64,000 nt of DNA, taken from positions 62,001 to 126,000 of the IMG/VR virus record IMGVR_UViG_3300048927_000250; one strand, written 5' to 3'. Positions 54,475 to 63,980 of this stretch are shown here, piece after piece (the first letter of the stretch is position 1; every line of letters begins with the position of its first letter). The notes under the pieces were generated by a model that saw only the letters and a program-made list of their open reading frames with translations, was not told the DNA's origin and did no database searches. The position numbers were made by a program, and so were the translations under genes.

Positions 54475-56775
54475 TCAAGGAGCTGGAGTAGCATCAGTGG
54501 TGGTGATGTCGCCAGATACCTTAGCAATAGTGCTGTAGGTAGTACGTTCTGCGATTGCAGCTTCCAGGTTCAGCACGTCGATGACAATCATCAGCGGCAG
54601 GAAGTGGAAGTGACGGTAGCGAGGCGTCAGACGGATTTCGTTCGCGATACGCTGTTCACGAATCATCGCGAAGTTAACGATGTACTCTGGAATCATGCCC
54701 AGGATGCCGTGGTCCAGCGGATGAATTTCGCTTTCACGTGGCAGGGTGAAGGTCATGATGACTTTGTCTTTCATACGCAGGTCAGAGATTGACGCTACGG
54801 TGAAGTCGAAGCCAATACCAGTGGTACGGTCGTCGCCCTGAATCATCAGGTAGTTCGGCAGACGTTTGTCAGTACCGATTGCAACGTGCGGTTTCGGGTT
54901 AGAGCCCGGGAACGCAGTTTCCAGCGCCGCAGAGTAACCGGTTTTCAGGTCAGCACGGTAGATAGCTTCCTGAATCACGGATACGAACAGACCCTGGATG
55001 TCTTCCACGCGGCCAGCAGAGTTGGTGCTGTTCAGTTCTGCCTGAACGTCCAGCTTGATGCGGCGGAAGTACGGACGAACGTAGTACTGACCCAGACCTT
55101 CCAGACCCGGCTGAGATTCCAGCGGATGTGCAGTGTCCTGGCCCAGGTAACGTTCCAGGGTGTCAACGCGGTTCAGCAGGGTGGTAACACCCGCGTTACG
55201 CAGTTGCAGACGGTATGCGTTTTGCAGCGCTTCCATACGCGGATAGACTTTTTCGTCGTCAGTCAGCGCAGGTTTCATGATGCACAGCGGGCTCAGAGTT
55301 GGAATCATGAAGCCGTGTTTCATCACGTCGGAGTCAATCAGCAGACCACGTTCCAGCTGGTTGATGTTGGTCAGGCGGCTTTCCAGGCTGTAACCAGCCG
55401 GAGAGAACGTGATACCAGCAATCAGCGGAGCCAGAGTTGCGTCGGACAGAGCCACTTCCTGACCCTGGGCGTTGAACGCTTTCGCGATGCGCAGTTCAGG
55501 TGCACGAGTGTCACCGTTACCGCTTTCAACGTTCATCTCACCGTCAACCTTGATGCTCAGGTGGATGGTGTAGCCAGCATCTTGCAGCGGCTTCAGGATA
55601 GCAGAAGCAGCTTTAGAGTGCAGCTTGGTGTCCGGGGTAATCGGCAGGCTGTCGTTGTGGAACTTAACAGTGGTCTGACGGAAGTTCATTTCGCGGGTAG
55701 CCAGGTACTGCGCGAAGTTAGAACGGTTCACGTCGAAGTCAACTGCTTCGTTCACGCCACCTTTGCTGACTTTAACAATCAGCTCACCCAGCGCGATACG
55801 GCTGTCCAGTGAATCGGTGTGGTTCGGCGTACCCTTCTGCATACGAGAAGGAGTCTGCGCCAGGTTGATGAGACTGAAGCTACCAGCGTTGAACGCCAGG
55901 TAGTTAGTCTGGAACTCTTCACCAGACTGCTCAACAGTGGTCGGAGCAACCAGAGTTGGGTCGATGAAGTATTTGTCGTTTTTGCCGGTTTGCAGGCACG
56001 GAATCAGGTCGGTAGTATCCGTTTCCAGGATTTCGTGGTTCAGCAGACCTTCCAGGATGTTACGCTTCTGGAAGTCACCAGCATCGCCAGACTGGTCAGG
56101 AGCTTTCCAACCGTCCCAGACTACGTTACGACGCACGGTCATGATGAAGCCCGCGTTGTCCGGAGTCAGGATTTGGGTTTTGTAGAACAGCTCGTTGAAC
56201 TCGTGCTGTTTCGCCGCCGTCATCGCGATGGAGTAAGAGTGCTGACGCCATTCGTCAGTTACTTTCTCATCGAATGATTCCATTGCTGGAAGTGCGCGCG
56301 AAGGAACAACAGGAATCGCACCAGCCGGACCAGAAGTAATCTGCTCGTGGCGGATTACGTCGTCAGCTTTAAAGCCAGCACCGGTTTCACCGATGTTGCT
56401 GTAGTAGCCGCCAACGTTGTTGTGACCTTGCAGCAGCACAGCGGCCGCTTCAGTGGCAACACGCTTCTGGGCAGCACGGATGTGCGGTACGGCGAAACCG
56501 TACGCTGCACCGCCCTGGGTGTCAGCTTCAGAAGCCAGCGCGAACGCAGACTCGGTTGCTACACGCTGAACTTCACCGAAAGCGGTGTCGTAGCTGTGTT
56601 GGAATGCATCGCGGTCGATACCGAAATCGCTGAAGGATTCAACGGCCACGGCCACCGCACCCGCCTGCTGCTTGTTCGGCAGGACGTTCAAGGTGTCATT
56701 TACCACTGAACCCAGTTTTTCGAAAAGGTCGCGGTAACCAGAGTTGCCCGCGGCTTTGGATTTGACAATAGCCAT
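54475..56775 (-). CDS. Major capsid protein (766 aa; start moved to MAIVKS; phiKZ gp120-like)
   Basis: Extreme codon bias, propeptide with AVE/ATE/ASE/AME protease-site motifs, flanked by the gp119-like gene and DnaB. Confidence 0.9.
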   Translation of the reverse strand: MAIVKSKAAGNSGYRDLFEKLGSVVNDTLNVLPNKQQAGAVAVAVESFSDFGIDRDAFQHSYDTAFGEVQRVATESAFALASEADTQGGAAYGFAVPHIRAAQKRVATEAAAVLLQGHNNVGGYYSNIGETGAGFKADDVIRHEQITSGPAGAIPVVPSRALPAMESFDEKVTDEWRQHSYSIAMTAAKQHEFNELFYKTQILTPDNAGFIMTVRRNVVWDGWKAPDQSGDAGDFQKRNILEGLLNHEILETDTTDLIPCLQTGKNDKYFIDPTLVAPTTVEQSGEEFQTNYLAFNAGSFSLINLAQTPSRMQKGTPNHTDSLDSRIALGELIVKVSKGGVNEAVDFDVNRSNFAQYLATREMNFRQTTVKFHNDSLPITPDTKLHSKAASAILKPLQDAGYTIHLSIKVDGEMNVESGNGDTRAPELRIAKAFNAQGQEVALSDATLAPLIAGITFSPAGYSLESRLTNINQLERGLLIDSDVMKHGFMIPTLSPLCIMKPALTDDEKVYPRMEALQNAYRLQLRNAGVTTLLNRVDTLERYLGQDTAHPLESQPGLEGLGQYYVRPYFRRIKLDVQAELNSTNSAGRVEDIQGLFVSVIQEAIYRADLKTGYSAALETAFPGSNPKPHVAIGTDKRLPNYLMIQGDDRTTGIGFDFTVASISDLRMKDKVIMTFTLPRESEIHPLDHGILGMIPEYIVNFAMIREQRIANEIRLTPRYRHFHFLPLMIVIDVLNLEAAIAERTTYSTIAKVSGDITTTDATPAP

Positions 56776-56787
56776 TCTTCTCTTTCC

Positions 56788-56867
56788 TTCAACGTTGAAA
56801 GGTTTTGGTGTCAAGTACTTGACGAGTGATATTATCACATACCATAATAGGCGCTAGTACTAGCGCC
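56788..56867. promoter_or_regulatory. MCP promoter region: tandem TATG motifs and four palindromes
   Basis: TATGGTATGTG at 56846-56836; palindromes 56788-99, 56810-23, 56826-38, 56850-67. Confidence 0.65.
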
Positions 56868-57435
56868 CGCTCACGGCGTGACGGAGATAGCGTCTGAAAA
56901 CCTCAAGTTCTTTGAACTCGGGGAATTCCGCAATCCCACTTAACGATTCGATAACGGCATTGTAAAATGCACGGTCATCTTGGTACACCGGTGTAGTGCT
57001 CCCTATAAGAAGCAGGGTATTCGCGTCGACACGCACCGGTGTGTAAAACTCGGCATCGAGCGGATTGGTTTCTAACACACCAATAGCAGAATCTCCACCG
57101 GTCACTTCTTTCAGCTTCGCGTCGCGGTACAATTTCTCCTTCAACGCTTCAATTGCTTTCTCGTGCTCGAGGTAGAACGCTGCGTTTTCATCGCAGTCTG
57201 CTATGGTATGGAAGTCGGAAAAAACTTTATCTGTCAGACGATGGAGGTCGCGTTGGACGAGCGTGTAAATAAATACTTCGTCCAGTGTTACTATAGACGC
57301 TTGACCTTCACACGCCACCAATTTGGGAAAAGACAGCACGTCGAGGTACGTACAGTTTTTGGTTTCGCTAATTGCTGATGCGAGCCAAGACGGCACAATA
57401 CCTACGCGGAGCTGCTTGAGCAACTTGTTTCGCAT
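56860..57435 (-). CDS. Structural/assembly protein (191 aa; start moved to MRNKLL; phiKZ gp119-like position)
   Basis: GGAG RBS before ATG 57435; between DnaB and MCP. Confidence 0.75.
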   Translation of the reverse strand: MRNKLLKQLRVGIVPSWLASAISETKNCTYLDVLSFPKLVACEGQASIVTLDEVFIYTLVQRDLHRLTDKVFSDFHTIADCDENAAFYLEHEKAIEALKEKLYRDAKLKEVTGGDSAIGVLETNPLDAEFYTPVRVDANTLLLIGSTTPVYQDDRAFYNAVIESLSGIAEFPEFKELEVFRRYLRHAVSGR

Positions 57436-57459
57436 ACGGGTCTCCAGATGGGATTTCTG

Positions 57460-57470
57460 CACATATCATA
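57460..57470 (-). promoter_or_regulatory. Late promoter, tandem TATG (TATGATATGTG)
   Basis: Same TATG-N-TATGTG arrangement as at the MCP promoter. Confidence 0.6.
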
Positions 57471-57483
57471 AAACTGTCGGGGT

Positions 57484-59052
57484 ATGGGGATGAATTACAA
57501 ACTCGTCATCATTAACACACTATTATTGCTTTATTGGGAACAACAGCTGGACAATGGTGCAGACAACGCTACTCTGGTCAAGAACATTCTCAAAGAAATA
57601 CGTCCAGAACGCGGGATGGCTGACACCGACCCGAGTTACCCTTCTTTACAAGGCCTGCAAGTTATCATCGCTAAACAGGTCCTGAATTACGGTAACAAGA
57701 TTTCAAGGGAGTTCTTGGTATCACAAGTCAGAATGGTTTGCGCGGACGATACGAGCACCCGTGACCTGGTTCTTGATTCCATCGAACAGGAATTGGACCA
57801 GACGGGCGTTCGTAACTATTGCCTATCTCTCGTTCGTGAGCTGAAAACGTACCAACGTAAACAAGCCTTCCAGAAACAACTGAACGAATTGGGCGGGAAA
57901 ATCCTGTACGGCCAGGAAGAATACGACCTGACCACCAAAGCTCGTGAGTTGGTTTCTGCCTTTGAACGCTTTACTGAACAGGAAGGTGAAGACCTTCGTT
58001 CTATCCACGGAGTGAGCGAGTTCCTCGACTTCAATGACGAAGAGCTGCTGCGTAAATACTTCAAGGACAGTAAAGAGTCCGTCAGTCCCGATGAAATCAT
58101 CAAGTTCCCGATTCAGGCCGTTAACCGTCTGTTTGGGGCACAAGGCGGCGGTCGCCGTAAAGAGATGATTATGATTGGCGGTTTGCAGCACCACTTTAAA
58201 TCCGGTCTGGCAATGTTGATGACCCGTGGTGCGGCAATGTACAACAAACCGAAACTACGCGACCCGGCGAAGAAACCGGCAATCGTCATGCTGTCCACTG
58301 AGAACCAGCTGATGATTAACCTGCGCACCATGTACAAGCAAATCATGGAACCGCTGGTTGGTAAGAAGATTCGTTTCAACGAAATCGACCCTGCCGAAGC
58401 CGCAAGCTTCATGAAAGAGAAGTTCATGGAAAACGGTTGGCACTTCCTGATGGCGCAAGTCGACCCCGAGTACTTCGGTTACGACGAACTGCAACAGACG
58501 GTGCTGAAACTGGAAGCGATGGGTTACGAGATTATCGTACTGACCGTCGACTACCTCGGAATGTGTTCGACCAAAGGGTTGACTCACAGTGGCATCACCG
58601 GACGTGACAAACAAGCTTTGTACAACCGCAGCCGTAACCTGATGCTTCGTCACGACTATCTTATGATAACGCCTCACCAGTTATCAACCGAAGCCCTGGC
58701 GATTCACCGTGACCGACCGAAGAACTTCTTAAACGAGGTTCTGAACTGTGCGTACTACCACGACTGTAAGACGCTTGCGCAGGAAGTGGACATGGAAATC
58801 AACTTGCAGAAGTTGGTTCTCGAAGGAAAGACGTATTTGAACATCGGACGCGGTAAACACCGTGGTGTGGATGACACGCCATTGGATGACCAGCGTGCAA
58901 CCTTGCTGTTTGGTGACTTCGGTATTCCGGATGACATCAATGGCCAAGACCAGAGCATGAAACGCCCTGGTGACGGCATGGCAAGTGAAGGTGGTGCAGT
59001 CGCCTGGCATAATGGCGCACTGGACGACATGGGTGGGTACTCCATCAATTAA
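57484..59052 (+). CDS. dnaB: DnaB-like replicative helicase (phiKZ gp118-like)
   Basis: Degenerate Walker A GGLQHHFKSG, STEN, VDYLG, TPHQLS, GKHRG motifs. Confidence 0.88.
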   Translation: MGMNYKLVIINTLLLLYWEQQLDNGADNATLVKNILKEIRPERGMADTDPSYPSLQGLQVIIAKQVLNYGNKISREFLVSQVRMVCADDTSTRDLVLDSIEQELDQTGVRNYCLSLVRELKTYQRKQAFQKQLNELGGKILYGQEEYDLTTKARELVSAFERFTEQEGEDLRSIHGVSEFLDFNDEELLRKYFKDSKESVSPDEIIKFPIQAVNRLFGAQGGGRRKEMIMIGGLQHHFKSGLAMLMTRGAAMYNKPKLRDPAKKPAIVMLSTENQLMINLRTMYKQIMEPLVGKKIRFNEIDPAEAASFMKEKFMENGWHFLMAQVDPEYFGYDELQQTVLKLEAMGYEIIVLTVDYLGMCSTKGLTHSGITGRDKQALYNRSRNLMLRHDYLMITPHQLSTEALAIHRDRPKNFLNEVLNCAYYHDCKTLAQEVDMEINLQKLVLEGKTYLNIGRGKHRGVDDTPLDDQRATLLFGDFGIPDDINGQDQSMKRPGDGMASEGGAVAWHNGALDDMGGYSIN

Positions 59053-59126
59053 TCGGTACCGTAAAGCAAAAGCTTACGACCAGCCAACCTCAACCAACCG
59101 ACAACCGACTTCTTAGACTCGCGGTG

Positions 59127-59183
59127 GCATAAATGCCAGACTGGACTGGGTATCGTCCCAGTCCAGTCCCGCGGGCTTTATGC
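59127..59183. terminator. Symmetric bidirectional terminator, GCATAAA...hairpin...TTTATGC
   Basis: 12-bp stem GACTGGACTGGG/CCCAGTCCAGTC with a TTTATGC tail on each strand. Confidence 0.85.
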
Positions 59184-59187
59184 TCTT

Positions 59188-60012
59188 TTACGCTTTCCCG
59201 GTGACGGCTATCCGCTGACACCAGTAGTAGTTACTGAAGTACACACCGTACAACAACCGTTCAATCCGTTCGTACCAACCGTCGTTCTTGAACTGGGTTT
59301 GTTGCGCAGTGGTCAGGCTTACGTTCAACCATCCTTTCAGGGAACGCAGGTGGGCATCCATCATCCCTTGCGCCTTCCAGGTTTCCGGTTTAGGGTAAAC
59401 GCTGGTTGGTGCAGTGGCGTTCAGGTTAAGGCTTTCCCCACTGGCGGTGACGAAGACATTTCCCGGTTTACCCACGTGACGGGCTAGAGCCGCCACAAAC
59501 GCACTCAGGACGTACTTTGACCCCGCAGCGATATAATCCCTGTCTGGATAGAGTGGACCGGCTCCTGAGGCCGCCCAGGCCGTGAGAGGGGCGGTGAACA
59601 ACAGGTTATTAAAGATATCCTCGCTCCGGTAGCGGGGAACCAGCAACGGCACGTTCCCGTTATGGTAAGCCCGGTCCCAGAACCGTTCACTGACCCCTTC
59701 CTGCATCACCCCGTCAACGATGACTTCAATCTTCCGATGGGGGAGCGCCAACTTCACTTCATGAGCCGCTTCCACCGCCGCAAAGTGAATCTCGTTATCC
59801 CGGATACCACCCTGAACCAGCGCTGTCCCGATGTACGCATCGTTCAAGAGCAACACTTCGGTCTCATTGAACTCAACTCCGGTACGACCAAAGAACGGTT
59901 GACGAACCAACAGGTTTTTGATGTACGCCGCATTTTCAGGGGCGCGACTGATGACGCCGTCAACCATGGTCAGGAAGGAGGCGACGTTAGCGACGTTGTA
60001 TGGATAAATCAT
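59188..60012 (-). CDS. Hypothetical protein (274 aa; start moved to MIYPYN)
   Basis: GGAG RBS before ATG 60012, 2 nt after the upstream stop. Confidence 0.75.
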   Translation of the reverse strand: MIYPYNVANVASFLTMVDGVISRAPENAAYIKNLLVRQPFFGRTGVEFNETEVLLLNDAYIGTALVQGGIRDNEIHFAAVEAAHEVKLALPHRKIEVIVDGVMQEGVSERFWDRAYHNGNVPLLVPRYRSEDIFNNLLFTAPLTAWAASGAGPLYPDRDYIAAGSKYVLSAFVAALARHVGKPGNVFVTASGESLNLNATAPTSVYPKPETWKAQGMMDAHLRSLKGWLNVSLTTAQQTQFKNDGWYERIERLLYGVYFSNYYWCQRIAVTGKA

Positions 60013-60014
60013 GG

Positions 60015-61358
60015 TTACTCCGAATTCTTCGACAGGAACATCACCATCCCCGCCACTGACGTCTGGGTTTGGTCGGAAAGACCGGGACGTTCGAGAGCCC
60101 ACTGTTCATCAATCTGGAACATGGTCCCACCGTACTTCTTAATCTTTCCGCCGATATCGTGGTAGACCTGCACCGGCATTCCCGGGAACACCAGGTCCGC
60201 ATTCGAGTTCTGCCAGGTGGTAGTAAACAACTGACCGTCATTCGCTGCCAGCTTCGACATTTCAAACGGCACGTTGTTGGTTGCCTTCACACTGGACATG
60301 CCCGCAATGGCAAACCCATCCTCACGCGTGGAGTCCTGAAACTCCGCCATGTACTTACTGCGGTTCAGCAGTGCGGTGTTTTCCGTTTGGGCGGTAGGTG
60401 CAGCCATCAGCTCGTCGGCGCGAATGAATCGCACCCCGTTACCGTATTCAAAATTCCCCGAGACCGAGATATCCTGAATAGAGGGGGAGCCCGTACAAAC
60501 CACGTACAGTGTATCTCCATCCTGGTACGACGTGTTGTCCAGTAACGGCACCACGTTGGTCGGTACCTGGAACACCACAAGCTTCTTCACTGCGGTCTTC
60601 AGGTGGTTCGTCCGGTACAGCGGATAGATGTACCAAATCCCGTCCTGGATAAACGACCCCAACCCTTTATCGTAAAGCCCGTTCTCATTCTCCTGAATCC
60701 ACCCAGGGACGTCAATGAGCGGGACACTGTGCGGTACCACAAAGTCCGGGGTAATCTCGCCTTTGTTCACCGACGGAACCATCTCGAATCCCTTCAAGTA
60801 AACCGACTGTTCCCCTTTCTCTGATTTCGCCGCCGTTAAGACCAACGCCTTCAGGAAATCCTCGTTGCTGTTATAGCGGGAGATACCCCCGCCAGAACGT
60901 ACAGACATGAACTCCGCTACCGGGTCGACCAACTGCACATGGAAGTAGCGCATGTCATCCTTCCCGTCCAGGTAAGTCCCCGACGTCATCGGGTTACCGT
61001 GTGGCAGGGTAGCATCGGCGTTGTCCACCAGGAAGGCGCGGTACGTGTACGACGTGGTGATGCCCCCAATCACGTCTACCCCAGAAACCGGGTCGACCTG
61101 AATCTTCTGGAGCACGCACTTCAGGTTATCACGTCGCGCGTACAACACATCCCGGTAATCCTTCACCGAGGTGGCCACCTGAATGGTCATGTCCCTACAG
61201 AAGCTGCTGACGTAATCGGCCGAGCTCCATTTCTCAATCACCGCTATCGCCGCGGCACTCCCGTTAGCACTCACAAAGGTGGCTTTGTGGCGAAAGCGCG
61301 GACCCCGCGCTTTAAGGAGGATGGCGTGAATGGTGTCGTACAGCAAGTTTGGGTTCAT
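60015..61358 (-). CDS. Baseplate hub-like structural protein (447 aa)
   Basis: VPLIDVPGWIQ...G.Y..GLG..IQDGIWYIYPLY pattern; W.NS..DL..PGMPV. Confidence 0.6.
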   Translation of the reverse strand: MNPNLLYDTIHAILLKARGPRFRHKATFVSANGSAAAIAVIEKWSSADYVSSFCRDMTIQVATSVKDYRDVLYARRDNLKCVLQKIQVDPVSGVDVIGGITTSYTYRAFLVDNADATLPHGNPMTSGTYLDGKDDMRYFHVQLVDPVAEFMSVRSGGGISRYNSNEDFLKALVLTAAKSEKGEQSVYLKGFEMVPSVNKGEITPDFVVPHSVPLIDVPGWIQENENGLYDKGLGSFIQDGIWYIYPLYRTNHLKTAVKKLVVFQVPTNVVPLLDNTSYQDGDTLYVVCTGSPSIQDISVSGNFEYGNGVRFIRADELMAAPTAQTENTALLNRSKYMAEFQDSTREDGFAIAGMSSVKATNNVPFEMSKLAANDGQLFTTTWQNSNADLVFPGMPVQVYHDIGGKIKKYGGTMFQIDEQWALERPGLSDQTQTSVAGMVMFLSKNSE

Positions 61359-61367
61359 GGGTTACTC

Positions 61368-61985
61368 CTACGACGCCCCGTACCGTTTCCGTTTGCTCAG
61401 CCCGCTGTAGTTGACACGCTCCTGCAACGGTTTGTAATCGCCCGGACTTTCTTGTTTCTCGGACGTACCCTGGAGCAAATCGACCATCGAGGTTTTGAGC
61501 AGGTCTTTGAGGTCTTCCACCACCACGTCTTTGCGGGCTTTGAAGTCCACCGCCTTGTTGAACACCTGGCGGGCAAACTCATCCAGACGCATGGCGTACT
61601 TGAACGTCCTCTCGTACTTCTCTTTGTCCTTGAGTCGAATCCCACCCTTATGGTAGTTCTCACTGTACGCCTGGAACTCCATCAGGTAGTCCTGGATGAT
61701 TTGGTGAATCAACGGTAAGTCAATCTTGGCGTTCGCCAGGCGGAAGTTCCCGCCCCGGTGCCAGATTTCCATCATCTCGTTAATAGACCGTCCAGCCCGA
61801 CGTTCCTGGTACGGTAAACGCTGGTCCACATCACGCATCCCGGTAACGAAGGACCCGTAGGTGCGAATCTCACCGGTACTGGTTAACTCGTAATCCGCCG
61901 CGATGATGTAGAAGAGCGTCTTGAACAGTTTGTAGTGGGGGCGTTGGGATTCATGGACGGCTTTAAGAGTGTTCTCTCTGCCCAT
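61368..61985 (-). CDS. phiKZ-like hypothetical protein (205 aa)
   Basis: CAGGAG RBS; inside the baseplate cluster. Confidence 0.8.
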   Translation of the reverse strand: MGRENTLKAVHESQRPHYKLFKTLFYIIAADYELTSTGEIRTYGSFVTGMRDVDQRLPYQERRAGRSINEMMEIWHRGGNFRLANAKIDLPLIHQIIQDYLMEFQAYSENYHKGGIRLKDKEKYERTFKYAMRLDEFARQVFNKAVDFKARKDVVVEDLKDLLKTSMVDLLQGTSEKQESPGDYKPLQERVNYSGLSKRKRYGAS

Positions 61986-61997
61986 CGGGTGCTCCTG

Positions 61998-63308
61998 TTA
62001 CGGTAAGCCACGCATCGCCGATGGAATCAGCGCGTAGAGTACCGGTAAAAGGTAGAACTGGCTCAGCGGTTCCCAGTCGTAGGACTTGTCCCACAACTTG
62101 ATGACCGAGGCCGGGTCTACGGTATTGTTATCAAACATCTGCCAGACCATGGCTTCCAGTAAAGACAGGTTCGTGGTGTCACGGTCGTAGAAGGCCTTAC
62201 TGAGGATGTAGTAACCATCCGCCATCACCGCTGGGATATCCCGTGAACCGTCAGTGTTAGGTTCTGGTGGTGGCGGTAAGCCACGTTCCGCCCAACTCTG
62301 TCCTTCCGTGATGTCCCCTGCCCGCGCATTCGGTGGGTAGACCACATCGTACAGACCGGAATAACGAATCCCGCCGTAATACGGGTTACGGTGGAACAGC
62401 CGGGTTGACAGCAACTTGATTTGTTTGTCTGCACGTTTCAAGGTACGGGGACGCAAATCCACGATGGCATCAAAGAGGGTTACCGGTAAGCGTTGACGGT
62501 CATCCATCACCGTAGGTTTGTTCAACCCTCGGGTAAAGACTTCCGTTACCTTATCCCCAAAGCAGGTATCGACGAAGGTGGTCAGGAACGGGTCGTATAC
62601 CCGGTCAAAGCCCGGGACCAACAACGTACTGAATTCCCGGTCGATATACTGGTTCAGGTATTCCTGCGGCAGGGCCTCACGCATCTCGAGTAACTGAACG
62701 TACTGTTCGTGGGCTTCGGTGGTAATCAGCGGGTTAATGCCGGTATCCAGGAAGTCACGGACGAAGTAGTATTCACGCACCGTCTTCTCAATCAGGTCCT
62801 GATGGTCCTCAGGGGTCAGGTACTGTTTGAGGGTGTACTCGATAGAGTAGGTGGTCTGGGTGAAGATGGTTTTCTGTTCCACCGGGGAAATCACGATGAA
62901 CAGACCAGGACGCCCGTCACCCAGGTCAGCGATAAACATGTCACCTGGGTTCGGAATCACCCCTGGGTACATGTTCGCTCGACCCCGGGCTTCGAACTCC
63001 GTTGCCTCGACGTTATAGGTCGGGTTAACCGGAATCGGGTCAGTAACCTTCAGTTCCAAATCGTTGATACGTTTGTACTGTTGGTTGATGGCTAAACGGC
63101 TGTCTTGCTGTGCCGCTGTCTCGCCGTCGCCCCCTAATACCTGGGAGAACCAAGTAACCACCCAACGACGGCCCTCAATGGCCGTCAGCAGCGTTTTCAG
63201 CGGAATAACCTGCGTATCTACCGGGACGCCTTTATAGGGCGTAGGATTGAGCACAGGCTGTTCTGGCTTAGGGATGGGCACGGACTCATCAACATCGAAT
63301 AAGGACAT
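61998..63308 (-). CDS. Virion structural protein, baseplate/neck cluster (436 aa)
   Basis: YPGVIPNPGDMFIADLGDGR pattern; long biased ORF. Confidence 0.7.
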   Translation of the reverse strand: MSLFDVDESVPIPKPEQPVLNPTPYKGVPVDTQVIPLKTLLTAIEGRRWVVTWFSQVLGGDGETAAQQDSRLAINQQYKRINDLELKVTDPIPVNPTYNVEATEFEARGRANMYPGVIPNPGDMFIADLGDGRPGLFIVISPVEQKTIFTQTTYSIEYTLKQYLTPEDHQDLIEKTVREYYFVRDFLDTGINPLITTEAHEQYVQLLEMREALPQEYLNQYIDREFSTLLVPGFDRVYDPFLTTFVDTCFGDKVTEVFTRGLNKPTVMDDRQRLPVTLFDAIVDLRPRTLKRADKQIKLLSTRLFHRNPYYGGIRYSGLYDVVYPPNARAGDITEGQSWAERGLPPPPEPNTDGSRDIPAVMADGYYILSKAFYDRDTTNLSLLEAMVWQMFDNNTVDPASVIKLWDKSYDWEPLSQFYLLPVLYALIPSAMRGLP

Positions 63309-63320
63309 GGTAAAACCCCA

Positions 63321-63980
63321 TTAAGTAAGATTGGCAACGATAACCATGTTCATCACCGTAGGCCACACGACCCGGGGACCGAACAGTTTCGCATCCGTTT
63401 GTTTCAGGTACTGAATACAGCGCCACCATTCATCGTCAGGAATCCAGATGTTCTTGAGCGACTTCGGCAGTAACCCCTGATTGTACATCTCGGGTTCCAG
63501 TACCGTGAAGATAAGGTTCGCCCACTCCGGGTTAGACCGTAAGGTATCGGTCGCCTCTTTGGTGAGGAACGCCAACTGGGTGTACAGGTTAATGCGCAGG
63601 TGATGGACGTCCGTGAGTTTCAACGGCACCGTGCTACGGACCACCAGGTTCTCATCGACGTACAACCGACTGGAATCCAGAGGGCGGTCCCCGATATAGA
63701 GGACGATGTTGACCACGGACTGGGTACGCTTGGTGAGCCCCTTATGGTCTTTGGTCATAATCCCCAACAGTTTCTCATTCCAGGTGAACCCCGGGATGTT
63801 CTTCAAGTCGAGGACCATCGTCGGGTCGTCTTTCACCTGAATCATGAACTGCACCAGGTTCGTCAAGTCATGTCCGATTTGGGTCGGCCAGAACTCATCG
63901 AAGAACGGGATAATCATCCCACCGCGAGAGTTGTGGTTCTTAAACCCGGCGGCTTCCATCAACTGATGGTAACGGGACAT
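63321..63980 (-). CDS. Virion structural protein (219 aa)
   Basis: GGAG-like RBS; co-oriented with the structural cluster. Confidence 0.7.
   Translation of the reverse strand: MSRYHQLMEAAGFKNHNSRGGMIIPFFDEFWPTQIGHDLTNLVQFMIQVKDDPTMVLDLKNIPGFTWNEKLLGIMTKDHKGLTKRTQSVVNIVLYIGDRPLDSSRLYVDENLVVRSTVPLKLTDVHHLRINLYTQLAFLTKEATDTLRSNPEWANLIFTVLEPEMYNQGLLPKSLKNIWIPDDEWWRCIQYLKQTDAKLFGPRVVWPTVMNMVIVANLT

Noticed and set aside
54421-54477. Stop-codon read-through extension of the MCP
   Set aside because: Only 18 codons to the next TGA, with no known read-through context or recognisable domain
54886-55812. 308-aa plus-strand ORF opposite the MCP gene (likewise 46133-47038, 11039-11989, 49250-50068, 60939-61718)
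   Set aside because: Antisense shadows of highly codon-biased genes; no RBS, no recognisable motifs, V/H/Q-rich composition typical of mirror frames
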